Shown here: positions 10,229 to 18,699 of the stretch, in pieces
How the letters are laid out: each line of letters starts with the position of its first letter
Position numbering within the stretch: the first letter of the stretch is position 1
From: Mycobacterium phage GardenSalsa
Length of the DNA stretch: 32,000 bases
Sequence record: KY783914.1
Strand: one strand, 5' to 3'
Position numbers and translations under genes: made by a program
The notes under the pieces: generated by a model
What the model saw: the letters and a program-made list of their open reading frames with translations, nothing else
Databases searched by the model: none
Told to the model about the DNA's origin: nothing

Positions 10229-11307
10229 GTTGGGGTGCAACGCCTGCCAATCCTGTTAAGCGGAATCTCCCCAGCTGGTTCGACTCTCCACTGAGCCGGG
10301 TGCCGGATCCGGCGCAGAGCTGGTGGGCACACATCTCCCGCGAGATGAGCTTGTCGGTGACTCCGATCATCGGTATGTCGGCCACGTCGCGGCGGGCTGC
10401 GGAGCTTGGTCTGGTCCTGGTGCCGCAGATCGGTATGGACGCACGCGGTGTGTCGGTTGCCGAGTTCGGCCTGGTGGTCAACCCGGTCATCGGTATGCAG
10501 CCTCCTGCACCGATCACTGCGGACCTGCAGATTTCGCTGTCGCCTTCGGTGGCGATGTCGGCCAACGAGCATTACGCCCGTGCGGTGCAGATCGCTGCGA
10601 CTCCTGGCCTGGGATTCGCGGCGGCGGAACGCTATGCGGCGACGTTCGGTATCACGATCACGCCGCAGATCGGCGCGACTGCCGGTCAGCATTTCCCGGC
10701 TTCGTTCATCACCCAGGTCGCTCCGTCCATGGGCTTCGGCGCGAACCTGCGTCACGCCCCAGAGTTGACGACGATCACCGGACCTGTCGTCCTGGGGACG
10801 TACACGATCCCTTGGTGGGCAACGCATGTCGACGTTGTCCTCATCGGCGGCGGCAGTGGTGGCTCGGGTGCGACGATCCTCGCGAACTCCAAGGGTGGCA
10901 ACCCAGGCCAGTGGGCATGGACCACGGTTGCTCTGGCCAGCTATCCAGGGCTGACCAGCGTCAACGTCACTGTTGGTGGCGGCGGCAACGCAGGTACCAC
11001 CGTCACGAACGCTGGGCCTGGTGGTCCGACTTCCGTCATCTCGTCGGGGACCACGTTCCTGTCTGCGAATGGCGGATCCACTCCTGGCATCGGCACTGGC
11101 GACACCACTGGACAGGCACCCACGACGGGTAATGCCAACAGTGGCAAGGACGTAACGCTCAACGGGCAGCTCTACGTAGGTGGAGCAGCGACTACTACCG
11201 GCGTCGGCAATGCGCCTGGCGGTGGCGGTCGAGCGGCTTCCGGCTCGTTCTCGAGCGGATATGTGGGCGGCGCTGGTTGCGCCTTCTTCTACGCCTACAG
11301 GGTTTAA
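10225..11307 (+). CDS. Minor tail protein with 20-aa tandem repeats and C-terminal glycine-rich domain
   Basis: GTGA overlap with upstream stop; YTIPWWATHVDVVLIGGGSGG glycine-rich tail domain; seven 20-aa repeats. Confidence 0.8.
   Translation: MSWGATPANPVKRNLPSWFDSPLSRVPDPAQSWWAHISREMSLSVTPIIGMSATSRRAAELGLVLVPQIGMDARGVSVAEFGLVVNPVIGMQPPAPITADLQISLSPSVAMSANEHYARAVQIAATPGLGFAAAERYAATFGITITPQIGATAGQHFPASFITQVAPSMGFGANLRHAPELTTITGPVVLGTYTIPWWATHVDVVLIGGGSGGSGATILANSKGGNPGQWAWTTVALASYPGLTSVNVTVGGGGNAGTTVTNAGPGGPTSVISSGTTFLSANGGSTPGIGTGDTTGQAPTTGNANSGKDVTLNGQLYVGGAATTTGVGNAPGGGGRAASGSFSSGYVGGAGCAFFYAYRV
10339..10758 (+). repeat. Seven degenerate 60-bp/20-aa coding repeats
   Basis: Ungapped 20-residue units REMSLSVTPIIGMSATSRRA, AELGLVLVPQIGMDARGVSV, AEFGLVVNPVIGMQPPAPIT, ADLQISLSPSVAMSANEHYA, RAVQIAATPGLGFAAAERYA, ATFGITITPQIGATAGQHFP, ASFITQVAPSMGFGANLRHA. 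Pro is invariant at position 9. Confidence 0.85.
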
Positions 11308-11322
11308 CGAAAGGCTTCAAAC

Positions 11323-11667
11323 ATGGGTATTCCCAACCCAACTCACCAGGCGGCATCGAATGCGATTGCCGCGCTGGGTGCATGGATCTCTGTCCACACT
11401 GGCGCCGGTGGTGGCACGAACGGTGCGAACGAGGCGACCGGTGGTGGATATGCGCGCAAGTTGACCACGTGGACTCCCGGCACCACTGGGACGAACCAGG
11501 GGTCTGTGGTGAACATTCCGGTCGCGGCGGGCACCTACACCGAGGGTGGTATCAACTCCGCAGCCTCGGGCGGAAACTTCGTCGGCTCAGGGCCTTTCAC
11601 TGGCGGCAACGTCGTCGTCAGTGGTGCAGGCGCGTCGATTGACATCACGCCAAACATCGCAGCCTGA
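11323..11667 (+). CDS. Small tail-associated protein
   Basis: 114 aa, Gly/Thr/Ala-rich, follows the receptor-type gene. Confidence 0.7.
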   Translation: MGIPNPTHQAASNAIAALGAWISVHTGAGGGTNGANEATGGGYARKLTTWTPGTTGTNQGSVVNIPVAAGTYTEGGINSAASGGNFVGSGPFTGGNVVVSGAGASIDITPNIAA

Positions 11668-11676
11668 GAGGCGCAC

Positions 11677-11937
11677 ATGTATCACGTACAGACCGATCAC
11701 CAGGTCGTCGGCTTCGGCGTCGACCACATGAAGTTGTTCGATGCCCGCACGGGCGAACCACTCGTCTCCGCTAGTCGCGTGGATGGCGAATGGACCATCG
11801 AGGCGACCGGCATTCCCGATGTGACCGCATCGGATCGGGGCGCAGCGCTGACGGCGATGACGGAGCAGGCCCTCGCATCGCTGTCTGGCACTGGCTACTC
11901 GACGCTGATCCCTCACGAGCTGTGGGAGTTGGACTGA
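11677..11937 (+). CDS. Hypothetical protein
   Basis: 86 aa, ATG start, overlaps the next start (TGATG). Confidence 0.7.
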   Translation: MYHVQTDHQVVGFGVDHMKLFDARTGEPLVSASRVDGEWTIEATGIPDVTASDRGAALTAMTEQALASLSGTGYSTLIPHELWELD

Positions 11938-12254
11938 TGTGGCCTGAGCTATTCGGCATGTTGGGCGGAATCGCTGGCACTGGTGGCCTTCTGGTTGTCA
12001 TGTGGCAGAGCGTGTTCCGTCCCAAGGTTCCGCAGATCACCGAGACCGAGGCAGTTCAGAAGCTGTCGGCGGCGATCCGTGAGGAGATCCGCAAGGAGAA
12101 CGCGGAGCTGAAGAAGCGCATGGACGTGGTGGTCAACGCGGTGGTTGGCCTGGTCGACATGCTGGACGACTTGTTCCCGAAGATCACCGGTCTATCCGAC
12201 GAAGAGCGAATTGAGTTGCGCCGCAAGATCAATCTCGCCAAGTTGGCGACGTGA
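11937..12254 (+). CDS. Small membrane protein with one N-terminal TM helix and charged helical tail
   Basis: ATG at 11937 overlaps upstream TGA; MWPELFGMLGGIAGTGGLLVVMWQSVF then KLSAAIREEIRKENAELKKRMD. The listed 11790 start lies inside the upstream gene. Confidence 0.7.
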   Translation: MWPELFGMLGGIAGTGGLLVVMWQSVFRPKVPQITETEAVQKLSAAIREEIRKENAELKKRMDVVVNAVVGLVDMLDDLFPKITGLSDEERIELRRKINLAKLAT

Positions 12255-12276
12255 CGTACAATTAAGAGAGGACTAG

Positions 12277-13272
12277 ATGGGTAGCTTCAAGCCCCTCGTC
12301 CCAGTTCGCAGCAACCGACCCCTCGAGCTTCAGCGCGGCAATCCGCTGCGCTACCGCTACACGCTGGCCGGTAACCGAGAGTTCCCACTGGGAACCACTG
12401 CGCTGCTGACTGTGGCCAACACATATGGCCAGACCGTCGGTGCCTACGTCGGCGTTGTCGGCGGCAAGTACATCGATTTCGCTGAGGCAGCGGACATCTC
12501 GGATACGTTGGCCCGCACTGACTCGTGGCAGCTGTTCGTGACGTACCCGTCGGAGACTATGCCCACTCTGCTGGAGCAGGGCCAGGTCATTCGTATCGAG
12601 GCTCCGTACCCAGATGCTCCGCCGCAGTCGAGCGAGTTCGACGGTGTGGCTTACGAGTACCACTTCGGCACTCCTGGCCTGCTGACGGATCCCGCATGGC
12701 GGATCATGAATGGTCATCCGCGTGTCTACGACAACTCGCTGCGTTCGCTGCCTAACGCGGTCGCCGCAGGCACTCTGCTCACTGGCCTCACGCCGTGGGA
12801 TGACGTGGCGATGCTGTGGTTCGCACCGCTGCAGACCGATGCAGTTCGGCTGACGTACAACACCATTCGCGCCCATGACAACAGCAACGGCGAGATGTGG
12901 ACTGTCATTTGCTCGAACTACGACATGTCGAACTGGGCGGGGTTCCACCACAAGCAAGTGTTCGGCATCGGCTCGTGGGATTCGGACACGATCTCGGTCG
13001 TGACTGGCACTGGGCCAACCACATTCGTCAACCGTGTCAGCGCGTCGAAGGACACGCAGGACAACCAGATCTACACCGCTGAGTTCAACCCGATCACAGA
13101 CACCTTCACGCTCTACGTAGGGACCGACATGACTCCCGTTGTGTCGTGGACTGATACGACCAGTGTGGTCGACCACGGCCCTGGTGAGCGCTACGTCGGG
13201 TTCGGCTTCAAGTCGACCATCTTGGATGCCGGTGTGCAGGTGTCGGACTGGATCATTGCCGATACTCCGTAA
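12277..13272 (+). CDS. Minor tail protein
   Basis: 331 aa, beta-rich, between tail genes and the lysis cassette. Confidence 0.65.
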   Translation: MGSFKPLVPVRSNRPLELQRGNPLRYRYTLAGNREFPLGTTALLTVANTYGQTVGAYVGVVGGKYIDFAEAADISDTLARTDSWQLFVTYPSETMPTLLEQGQVIRIEAPYPDAPPQSSEFDGVAYEYHFGTPGLLTDPAWRIMNGHPRVYDNSLRSLPNAVAAGTLLTGLTPWDDVAMLWFAPLQTDAVRLTYNTIRAHDNSNGEMWTVICSNYDMSNWAGFHHKQVFGIGSWDSDTISVVTGTGPTTFVNRVSASKDTQDNQIYTAEFNPITDTFTLYVGTDMTPVVSWTDTTSVVDHGPGERYVGFGFKSTILDAGVQVSDWIIADTP

Positions 13273-13281
13273 GGAATTCTC

Positions 13282-14697
13282 TTGAGCTTCACCAAGTTTC
13301 TCTATGACGATCCACTGATCACTCGCGAGCAGGCGATGAAGGTGCTGATCCAGGTCGCTGACGAGCTGGACATGCCCGACAAGAAGGGTGCCTGCATCGT
13401 CGCGGGCATGACGGTCTCCCAGGAGGTCGGTGTCGAGGACGGCGATGCACCGTTCGAGCGCCGCTTCTGGTGTCCCGCCAACCCGGCAGATGCCGAGTCG
13501 TTCAACTACGACCATGACTCCGAGTCGAACGATGGCCGGTCGGTTGGTTACTTCCAGCAGCAGAAGGGTCCGAAGGGCGAGCTGTGGTGGGGGACCACCC
13601 AGTCCGAGATGGATCTGCACTCTGCCGCAACGCAGTTCATGACCCGCCTCAAGAAGGTGGGCTACAACGCGTCGAATGCGACTGCGGCCAATGACTCCGC
13701 GCAGTCGGTGCAGCAGTCGGGCGTGCCGTGGGCCTATGCGCAGTGGTGGAACGACATCAACCAGCTGTACGCCAAGGTCGCTGGCACTGGACCGGTGGCA
13801 GTGCCCGAGGGTCGGTTCTTCGAAGAGATCAACCTGATCGACGGCAGCGGTTCGCAGTCGCGCAACGGCAAGAAGCCACGCCTGATCGTCCTCCATACCG
13901 AGGAGGGCAACATGGCTGGCCAGGCCCTGGATCAGTGGATGGACAACAACAGCGTGTCCTACCACTACATCATCGGGGACGACAACCGCGCCTGGGATCT
14001 CGTTGACACCGACCGTGCGTCGTGGTCGGTGCTGGATGCGAACAACGAGTGCATCAACTATGTGTTCGCGCCGTCGTACGCGGGCTGGACCCGTCAGCAG
14101 TGGCTGGACAACATGGGTACCGGCATCAAGATCTGCGCCTACCTCGTTGCTCAGGACTGCCTGAAGTACAACATTGAACCCGTTATCCGCGTGGGCAATT
14201 CGGCCACCGGCTACGCGAGTCTGCGCAACAACAACGGCATCACTGATCACTACGGGATCACCAAGGGCCTCGGCATCGGCAACCACACCGATGTCGGCGG
14301 CGGATTCCCGTGGGACGTATTCAACACCTACCTGCAGAAGTACATCGCAGGCGACACGGAGGACGACATGTTCACTGACACTGACCGCGCCATGGTGCAG
14401 CGGATCTTCTTCGAGCTGACCAACAAGTGGGAGTCCCGCTCGATCTACCGCGACCCAGGCGAGGGGCCGGTTGACACCCTGGTCGGAATGCTGCTCAACG
14501 ACGACGGCATGGAGCATGGCGAGCTGATCGAACGGCTTGCGGTGCTGGGCGATTCGGATTCGATCCGTCGCGTTCGCCGCGCAGCTGCGGGCAAGGGTGC
14601 GGTGACCGACAAGGCCACGGTCGCTCGTGCGAAGAAGGTCTTCCAGTCCATTCCTGAGGAGATCATGGCCGCATACAAGGAAGAGGTAGGCGAGTGA
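13282..14697 (+). CDS. lysA: Endolysin LysA with N-terminal glycosidase/peptidase-like domain and central amidase
   Basis: PRLIVLHTEEGNMAGQALDQWM...VSYHYIIGDD, amidase_2-like zinc motif; AAGG upstream of TTG start; followed by holin-like genes and LysB. Confidence 0.85.
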   Translation: MSFTKFLYDDPLITREQAMKVLIQVADELDMPDKKGACIVAGMTVSQEVGVEDGDAPFERRFWCPANPADAESFNYDHDSESNDGRSVGYFQQQKGPKGELWWGTTQSEMDLHSAATQFMTRLKKVGYNASNATAANDSAQSVQQSGVPWAYAQWWNDINQLYAKVAGTGPVAVPEGRFFEEINLIDGSGSQSRNGKKPRLIVLHTEEGNMAGQALDQWMDNNSVSYHYIIGDDNRAWDLVDTDRASWSVLDANNECINYVFAPSYAGWTRQQWLDNMGTGIKICAYLVAQDCLKYNIEPVIRVGNSATGYASLRNNNGITDHYGITKGLGIGNHTDVGGGFPWDVFNTYLQKYIAGDTEDDMFTDTDRAMVQRIFFELTNKWESRSIYRDPGEGPVDTLVGMLLNDDGMEHGELIERLAVLGDSDSIRRVRRAAAGKGAVTDKATVARAKKVFQSIPEEIMAAYKEEVGE

Positions 14698-14885
14698 AGA
14701 AGAAGCTGATCGGAATGATCTTCGCGGCGTTGTGGCCGTACATCGAGCCGCTGGTCGAGGAGAAGGTTGTCGACCTCCTGGAGTCGTTGATCCCCAAGGA
14801 GATCAAGGAGCTACTGCCTGAGGGTGTGGACTTCAACTCGGTGGTGGATGACATCGGCAAGTTCATCGGAGGCCTGATGCGATGA
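14694..14885 (+). CDS. Small lysis-cassette protein
   Basis: 63 aa, GTGA overlap with lysA, MKKKLIGMIFAALWPYIEPLVEEKVVDLL. Confidence 0.6.
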   Translation: MKKKLIGMIFAALWPYIEPLVEEKVVDLLESLIPKEIKELLPEGVDFNSVVDDIGKFIGGLMR

Positions 14886-15208
14886 AGCTAGCTGAGGTCA
14901 AGAAGGCTGCCGCCGCTGGTGCTACCGCACTGGCCGGTATGGAGGGTCTGGCCGCGATGCTTGAGGCGTCGACCACCCATCCATGGCTTCATGCTGTGGC
15001 GGTTGGGTTTTCGGTGCTCGTGACCGCTGCCACGTGGTCGGTTCGCAACAAGGCGACCATCGAGCAGATCTTCGATGAGTTCGACACGGATCCCGAGATC
15101 GCCCAGGCGGTCATCGAGAAGGCGACGGACGACCCGTACGCCGCACAGGCTGCGCTGGAGAAGCATCCGACTCTCGCAGAGCAGCTCATCGCGTCCTACA
15201 AGGACTAA
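14882..15208 (+). CDS. Holin-like membrane protein
   Basis: 108 aa, ATGA overlap; hydrophobic segment HAVAVGFSVLVTAATW; position between lysA and lysB. Confidence 0.55.
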   Translation: MKLAEVKKAAAAGATALAGMEGLAAMLEASTTHPWLHAVAVGFSVLVTAATWSVRNKATIEQIFDEFDTDPEIAQAVIEKATDDPYAAQAALEKHPTLAEQLIASYKD

Positions 15209-15223
15209 CAAGCACGAAACAGG

Positions 15224-15253
15224 AACGGGCTCACCTCGTTTGGTGGGTCCGTT
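15224..15253 (+). terminator. Hairpin between holin-like gene and lysB
   Basis: AACGGGCTCACC-tcgttt-GGTGGGTCCGTT, 12 contiguous pairs including two G-U, followed by TTCTTCT. Confidence 0.5.
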
Positions 15254-15276
15254 TCTTCTGCCTTGAAGGAGGCAAC

Positions 15277-16254
15277 ATGGCATGGATTGGTTGGCAGGAA
15301 GGCATGGAGGGCCTACCTGTCCTGGCGGCGATTGGCGAGCTGCGGGCGAAGTTCTCGTACGGCAAGCAGCTGGAGCTGACGCAGAAGTTCACCCCTGAGC
15401 TGACGCAGGCCATCAAGACGTTCCAGGTGAAGAAGGGCGGGCTGCGCACCGACGGTGTGCTGGACTACGCCACCCAGGCCGCGCTGGGCGTCCCTGAGGC
15501 GCTGAAGCCGTGGGTGTTCACCGTGGCTGGCACTGGTGCTGGTTGGGATGCTGGCTACCCGGCAGACGTGGCACGTGCAGTGCTGGATCTGTTCCGCTGG
15601 TGGGGCATCGTGTATCCAGCCAAGCCGTTCCCCATGGGCGACTCGGTCGATGTGGGTATTGCTGAGCTGCTCAAGCAGATGAAGCTGAAGCTGGACCGTT
15701 ACCCTGCGGCGAAGTTCGTGCTCATCGGCTACTCGCAGGGCGCGATTGTCACGTCCATGGTGTGGAAGCGCTACATCAAGGGCAAGGATCTCGAGAAGCG
15801 CATCATCGGATCCATCACATTCGGCAACCCGTGCCGCGAGCTTGGTGTGGCGAATGGCAATGTGGCAGAGGGGATTCCGATCCCTGAGGGTCGTGGTATC
15901 GGTGACGATCGCCTGCAGTCGACGCCAGAGTGGTGGTACGATTTTGCACACGGAGCTAACTCTCCGTTTGGCCGTGACATCTACACGGACACCCCTGATG
16001 ACGACACTGGCGAGATGATGACCGCCGTGTACCGGGCGGTGCAGAAGTTGAAGAACCTATGGAGTGGTGTGGACTCCATCCTGGAGCAGGTGGGCGAGAT
16101 CATCAAGCGCCCGATTCCAGAGATCTATGCGGCGTTCCGCGCTGTCATCTACGGCGGTCAGTTCGTGACCACTCAGCCGTGGGCGACCTATCCGCACACG
16201 AATTACATCATCGACACTGCGGTCGCGTTTCTTCGTCGTATCGCTAAGAACTGA
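15277..16254 (+). CDS. lysB: LysB mycolylarabinogalactan esterase (cutinase fold) with N-terminal peptidoglycan-binding-like domain
   Basis: VLIGYSQGAIV serine-hydrolase nucleophile motif; N-terminal FQVKKGGLRTDGVLDYATQAALG. Confidence 0.9.
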   Translation: MAWIGWQEGMEGLPVLAAIGELRAKFSYGKQLELTQKFTPELTQAIKTFQVKKGGLRTDGVLDYATQAALGVPEALKPWVFTVAGTGAGWDAGYPADVARAVLDLFRWWGIVYPAKPFPMGDSVDVGIAELLKQMKLKLDRYPAAKFVLIGYSQGAIVTSMVWKRYIKGKDLEKRIIGSITFGNPCRELGVANGNVAEGIPIPEGRGIGDDRLQSTPEWWYDFAHGANSPFGRDIYTDTPDDDTGEMMTAVYRAVQKLKNLWSGVDSILEQVGEIIKRPIPEIYAAFRAVIYGGQFVTTQPWATYPHTNYIIDTAVAFLRRIAKN

Positions 16255-16265
16255 GAAGGATTTCG

Positions 16266-16517
16266 TTGAACATCACCGTCTACACGACTGGCCCCGATTG
16301 CCACAAGTGCAACCTGACGAAGCGGGCGCTGGCCAAGGCTGAGATCCCGTACGCGGAGGTTCTGCTGGCCGACGACCCCGAGGCTGCCGACCGCTTCCGC
16401 AACGCGGGGATGATGATCGCTCCGGTCGTGGTCACTGACACGGAGACGTGGTTCGACTTCCGTATCGACAAGATCCGTGAGTTGACCAAGGCTCACAAGG
16501 CTCTCGCTGCCGCCTGA
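16266..16517 (+). CDS. NrdH-like redoxin/glutaredoxin
   Basis: MNITVYTTGPDCHKCNLTKRAL (CxxC redox site), APVVVTDTETWFDFR; 83 aa, TTG start. Confidence 0.8.
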   Translation: MNITVYTTGPDCHKCNLTKRALAKAEIPYAEVLLADDPEAADRFRNAGMMIAPVVVTDTETWFDFRIDKIRELTKAHKALAAA

Positions 16518-16535
16518 TTGGCCCCAGGAACGACG

Positions 16536-16568
16536 AAACCCCCACACCCGGTATGGATGTGGGGGTTT
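16536..16568. terminator. Strong intrinsic terminator at the junction of convergent genes
   Basis: AAACCCCCACA / TGTGGGGGTTT perfect 11-bp arms, 11-nt loop, T-run continuing; lies between + strand redoxin and the end of the - strand block. Confidence 0.9.
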
Positions 16569-16572
16569 TTCG

Positions 16573-16752
16573 CTAGAGAGGATCTGAGAGCCCTTCGGCG
16601 AGACATCTGAGCCAGTCGTCGCCATCCACCGCGTAGCCGCCGTCGCATAGGCCATCGTCGGATGCGGGACACTTTCGCTGCAGATCTTCGCACAGCCAGA
16701 ATGGTCCAGCGGCTCGAGCGTCCTCAATGGTGGCGTCGGTCAGGTAGCTCAT
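16573..16752 (-). CDS. Small Cys-containing hypothetical protein (59 aa), absent from the supplied ORF track
   Basis: Hand translation MSYLTDATIEDARAAGPFWLCEDLQRKCPASDDGLCDGGYAVDGDDWLRCLAEGLSDPL*; ATG start; fills the gap to the terminator. Confidence 0.65.
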   Translation of the reverse strand: MSYLTDATIEDARAAGPFWLCEDLQRKCPASDDGLCDGGYAVDGDDWLRCLAEGLSDPL

Positions 16753-16766
16753 AAGGTCGCCTTACG

Positions 16767-17012
16767 TCAGGTTCCGTCGATGCCGCAACCGTCGCACAAC
16801 AACACCTGGCCGTTGAGCCACCACGTGTTGTCTTTCAATCCGGCCCGACAGTTCTCAGGCTCGTTGGGCCATTCGACGCCGGGAATGCGGGCGATGCGCC
16901 GACCGGGATAGACCCACGTCTGGTCGAGTCCCTGGCCGTGCCACCGCACGGGACGGTCATCCCAGTGACCACCGATCTCAGATAAGTCTGGGACGCCATC
17001 ACTCTCGTACAC
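16767..17012 (-). CDS. Hypothetical protein with C-terminal CxxC
   Basis: 81 aa, ends LLCDGCGIDGT. Confidence 0.6.
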   Translation of the reverse strand: MYESDGVPDLSEIGGHWDDRPVRWHGQGLDQTWVYPGRRIARIPGVEWPNEPENCRAGLKDNTWWLNGQVLLCDGCGIDGT

Positions 17013-17163
17013 CGTGCGCCTCTTCCCATGTCTGTTTCACTAGCTCGCGGTAGACCTCGGCCTGATGCTTGCCAGAAGTGCGGGCGATGACAAATGCCTT
17101 CGCCCAGCACTCCTCGCATACGGTGTAGCAACCGGCCACGGGGATCCCGTGGAACCCGCTCAC
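16999..17163 (-). CDS. Small hypothetical protein (54 aa), absent from the supplied ORF track
   Basis: Hand translation MSGFHGIPVAGCYTVCEECWAKAFVIARTSGKHQAEVYRELVKQTWEEAHGVRE*; GTG start at the end of the upstream gene; CxxxCxxC pattern. Confidence 0.5.
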   Translation of the reverse strand: MSGFHGIPVAGCYTVCEECWAKAFVIARTSGKHQAEVYRELVKQTWEEAHGVRE

Positions 17164-17164
17164 G

Positions 17165-17554
17165 TCAGCGCAGGTCGATGTCAGGGAGGATCACACTAGG
17201 CTTGAACACTACGCGGTAGTGGTCGGTGCTCACGTTCGCAGCGTCGAGCTGTTCCACGAAGTACGACACGTTGTCGCTCAGCCCAAGTCGGTGCAGCTTG
17301 ACCCCGTCCTTGGTCTTGCAGCTCACGGTGAGCTGCTGGCCGTCGTTGCCGGTGGAGCACTTGCCCTGGATCTCCAGCAGGTACTTGTCGGTGATGCCGT
17401 TGAAGAACACGATCCGACGTGGGATCTCGTAGTTCTCCGACGCCGTCTTGATGTTCTGCTCGGCCACCGACGCGTCGTTGACATCACACGCGGATAGGCC
17501 TACGGCGAGGCTGGCTGCGGCGACGGTGATGGCGGCGATCTTCTTGAGGTTCAT
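17165..17554 (-). CDS. Predicted lipoprotein
   Basis: True start likely at 17554: MNLKKIAAITVAAASLAVGLSAC, signal peptide plus lipobox; 129 aa. Confidence 0.8.
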   Translation of the reverse strand: MNLKKIAAITVAAASLAVGLSACDVNDASVAEQNIKTASENYEIPRRIVFFNGITDKYLLEIQGKCSTGNDGQQLTVSCKTKDGVKLHRLGLSDNVSYFVEQLDAANVSTDHYRVVFKPSVILPDIDLR

Positions 17555-17567
17555 GGGTTTCCTTACG

Positions 17568-17882
17568 TCAGAACGGAGAGGGGAGGGGCTCGTAGATGAC
17601 GGTGAAGTCGTGGCCGGGGAAGCCCTTCTCCATGGCTTCCGCCAGGGTGGGGTACGACTTCCCCGAGAAGTCGTCGTGCTGCACAACCCAGCGTGGTCGC
17701 GACGAAGTCGGGAACGGCTTCATGTCGTACGAGTCGTGAATGGAGCGGTACCGACGAATGAATGCGCCGTGGTGGCCCCCCGGCATCACGATGGTGCCGA
17801 TGGGGAGGTCATCAGCGTCGATGAGGCGTTCGAGTCGCCGCACTTCCTTCTGGGCTTCGGCGAGTTGTTCCTGGAGGCTCAT
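17568..17882 (-). CDS. Hypothetical protein with N-terminal coiled-coil-like segment
   Basis: 104 aa, ATG start overlapping upstream stop; MSLQEQLAEAQKEVRRLERLID. Confidence 0.7.
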   Translation of the reverse strand: MSLQEQLAEAQKEVRRLERLIDADDLPIGTIVMPGGHHGAFIRRYRSIHDSYDMKPFPTSSRPRWVVQHDDFSGKSYPTLAEAMEKGFPGHDFTVIYEPLPSPF

Positions 17883-18544
17883 AGGTTTCCGTTCAGTTCG
17901 CGTAGCAGGTTGATGCGGGCGACGAGTTCGTCAGGCTTGAACTCGGTGTAGAGACCGGCCAGTGACGGCGGTTCGTCAGCCTTGGTGAACGTCAGCGTCG
18001 GCTGATCGAGCGGCACTACGTCCTCGTATTGCGCCAGCACGATGCACGTTTCGCGGGCACCCACCTGAATGGTGTGCAGCTCGTGTGCGTCCATGACGTA
18101 CTGGCCACCCGGCCAGGCCAGGGTCAGCGTCTTGTGGTTCTGCAGATGCACCGGCTTGGACAGCTCGGAGAACCCCTGCCCACCGTTGAGCGGCGTCAAC
18201 CATCCGAACGCGTTGTACAGCTGCGCATTGGCGGGGAAGTCCATCAGTGCGTACTGGTACCACTTGTTCGTGATGATGCCGGACATCAGCTGCGTCGTGA
18301 AGTGGTAGCGATGATCGTGCGGATTGATCACCTCACCGAACTTCTGCGACTCCATGCCCTCAGCGAAGAAGTACGCCTTCAGCGTGAGTCCACGGTCGCG
18401 GTGCAGGCACAGGTAGTCCAGGCCCTTGGCGTGGAAGTCCTTGTACGAGTGCTGAAGTAGCTCGTCAACGTCCAGGTCGTCCCAGACGATGTCACCGAGA
18501 AGGTTCAACGGGGCCTCGCGGTGATCGTGACCGAATCGGGCCAC
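17879..18544 (-). CDS. Cupin-like hypothetical protein
   Basis: 221 aa; GEVINPHDHRYHFTTQLMSG (HxH) and a later AHELHTIQVGARETCIV. Confidence 0.65.
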   Translation of the reverse strand: MARFGHDHREAPLNLLGDIVWDDLDVDELLQHSYKDFHAKGLDYLCLHRDRGLTLKAYFFAEGMESQKFGEVINPHDHRYHFTTQLMSGIITNKWYQYALMDFPANAQLYNAFGWLTPLNGGQGFSELSKPVHLQNHKTLTLAWPGGQYVMDAHELHTIQVGARETCIVLAQYEDVVPLDQPTLTFTKADEPPSLAGLYTEFKPDELVARINLLRELNGNL

Positions 18545-18699
18545 GACTCGCGGAAGTCGCTGTACCCCTTGGTGACCTTCACGCTCAGCTGCGCCTTCGG
18601 GTTGACGCCGATCTGCTTGGCCTTGAGGACGAACTGCTCCATGTCCTCCAGGGTCATCGGGTCAGACAGGCTGATCTCGTGCTTGATGTTGACGCTCAT
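18505..18699 (-). CDS. Hypothetical protein
   Basis: 64 aa, tightly packed (ATGA-type junction upstream, 40-bp overlap downstream). Confidence 0.6.
   Translation of the reverse strand: MSVNIKHEISLSDPMTLEDMEQFVLKAKQIGVNPKAQLSVKVTKGYSDFRESWPDSVTITARPR

Noticed and set aside
12262-14517. 751-aa minus-strand ORF antisense to minor tail and lysA genes
   Set aside because: Spans two clearly coding + strand genes and their intergenic gap; composition typical of antisense shadow in GC-rich DNA; no RBS or domain seen.
17448-17951. 167-aa + strand ORF opposite the lipoprotein and 104-aa genes
   Set aside because: Antisense to tightly packed - strand genes with better starts; no recognisable features.
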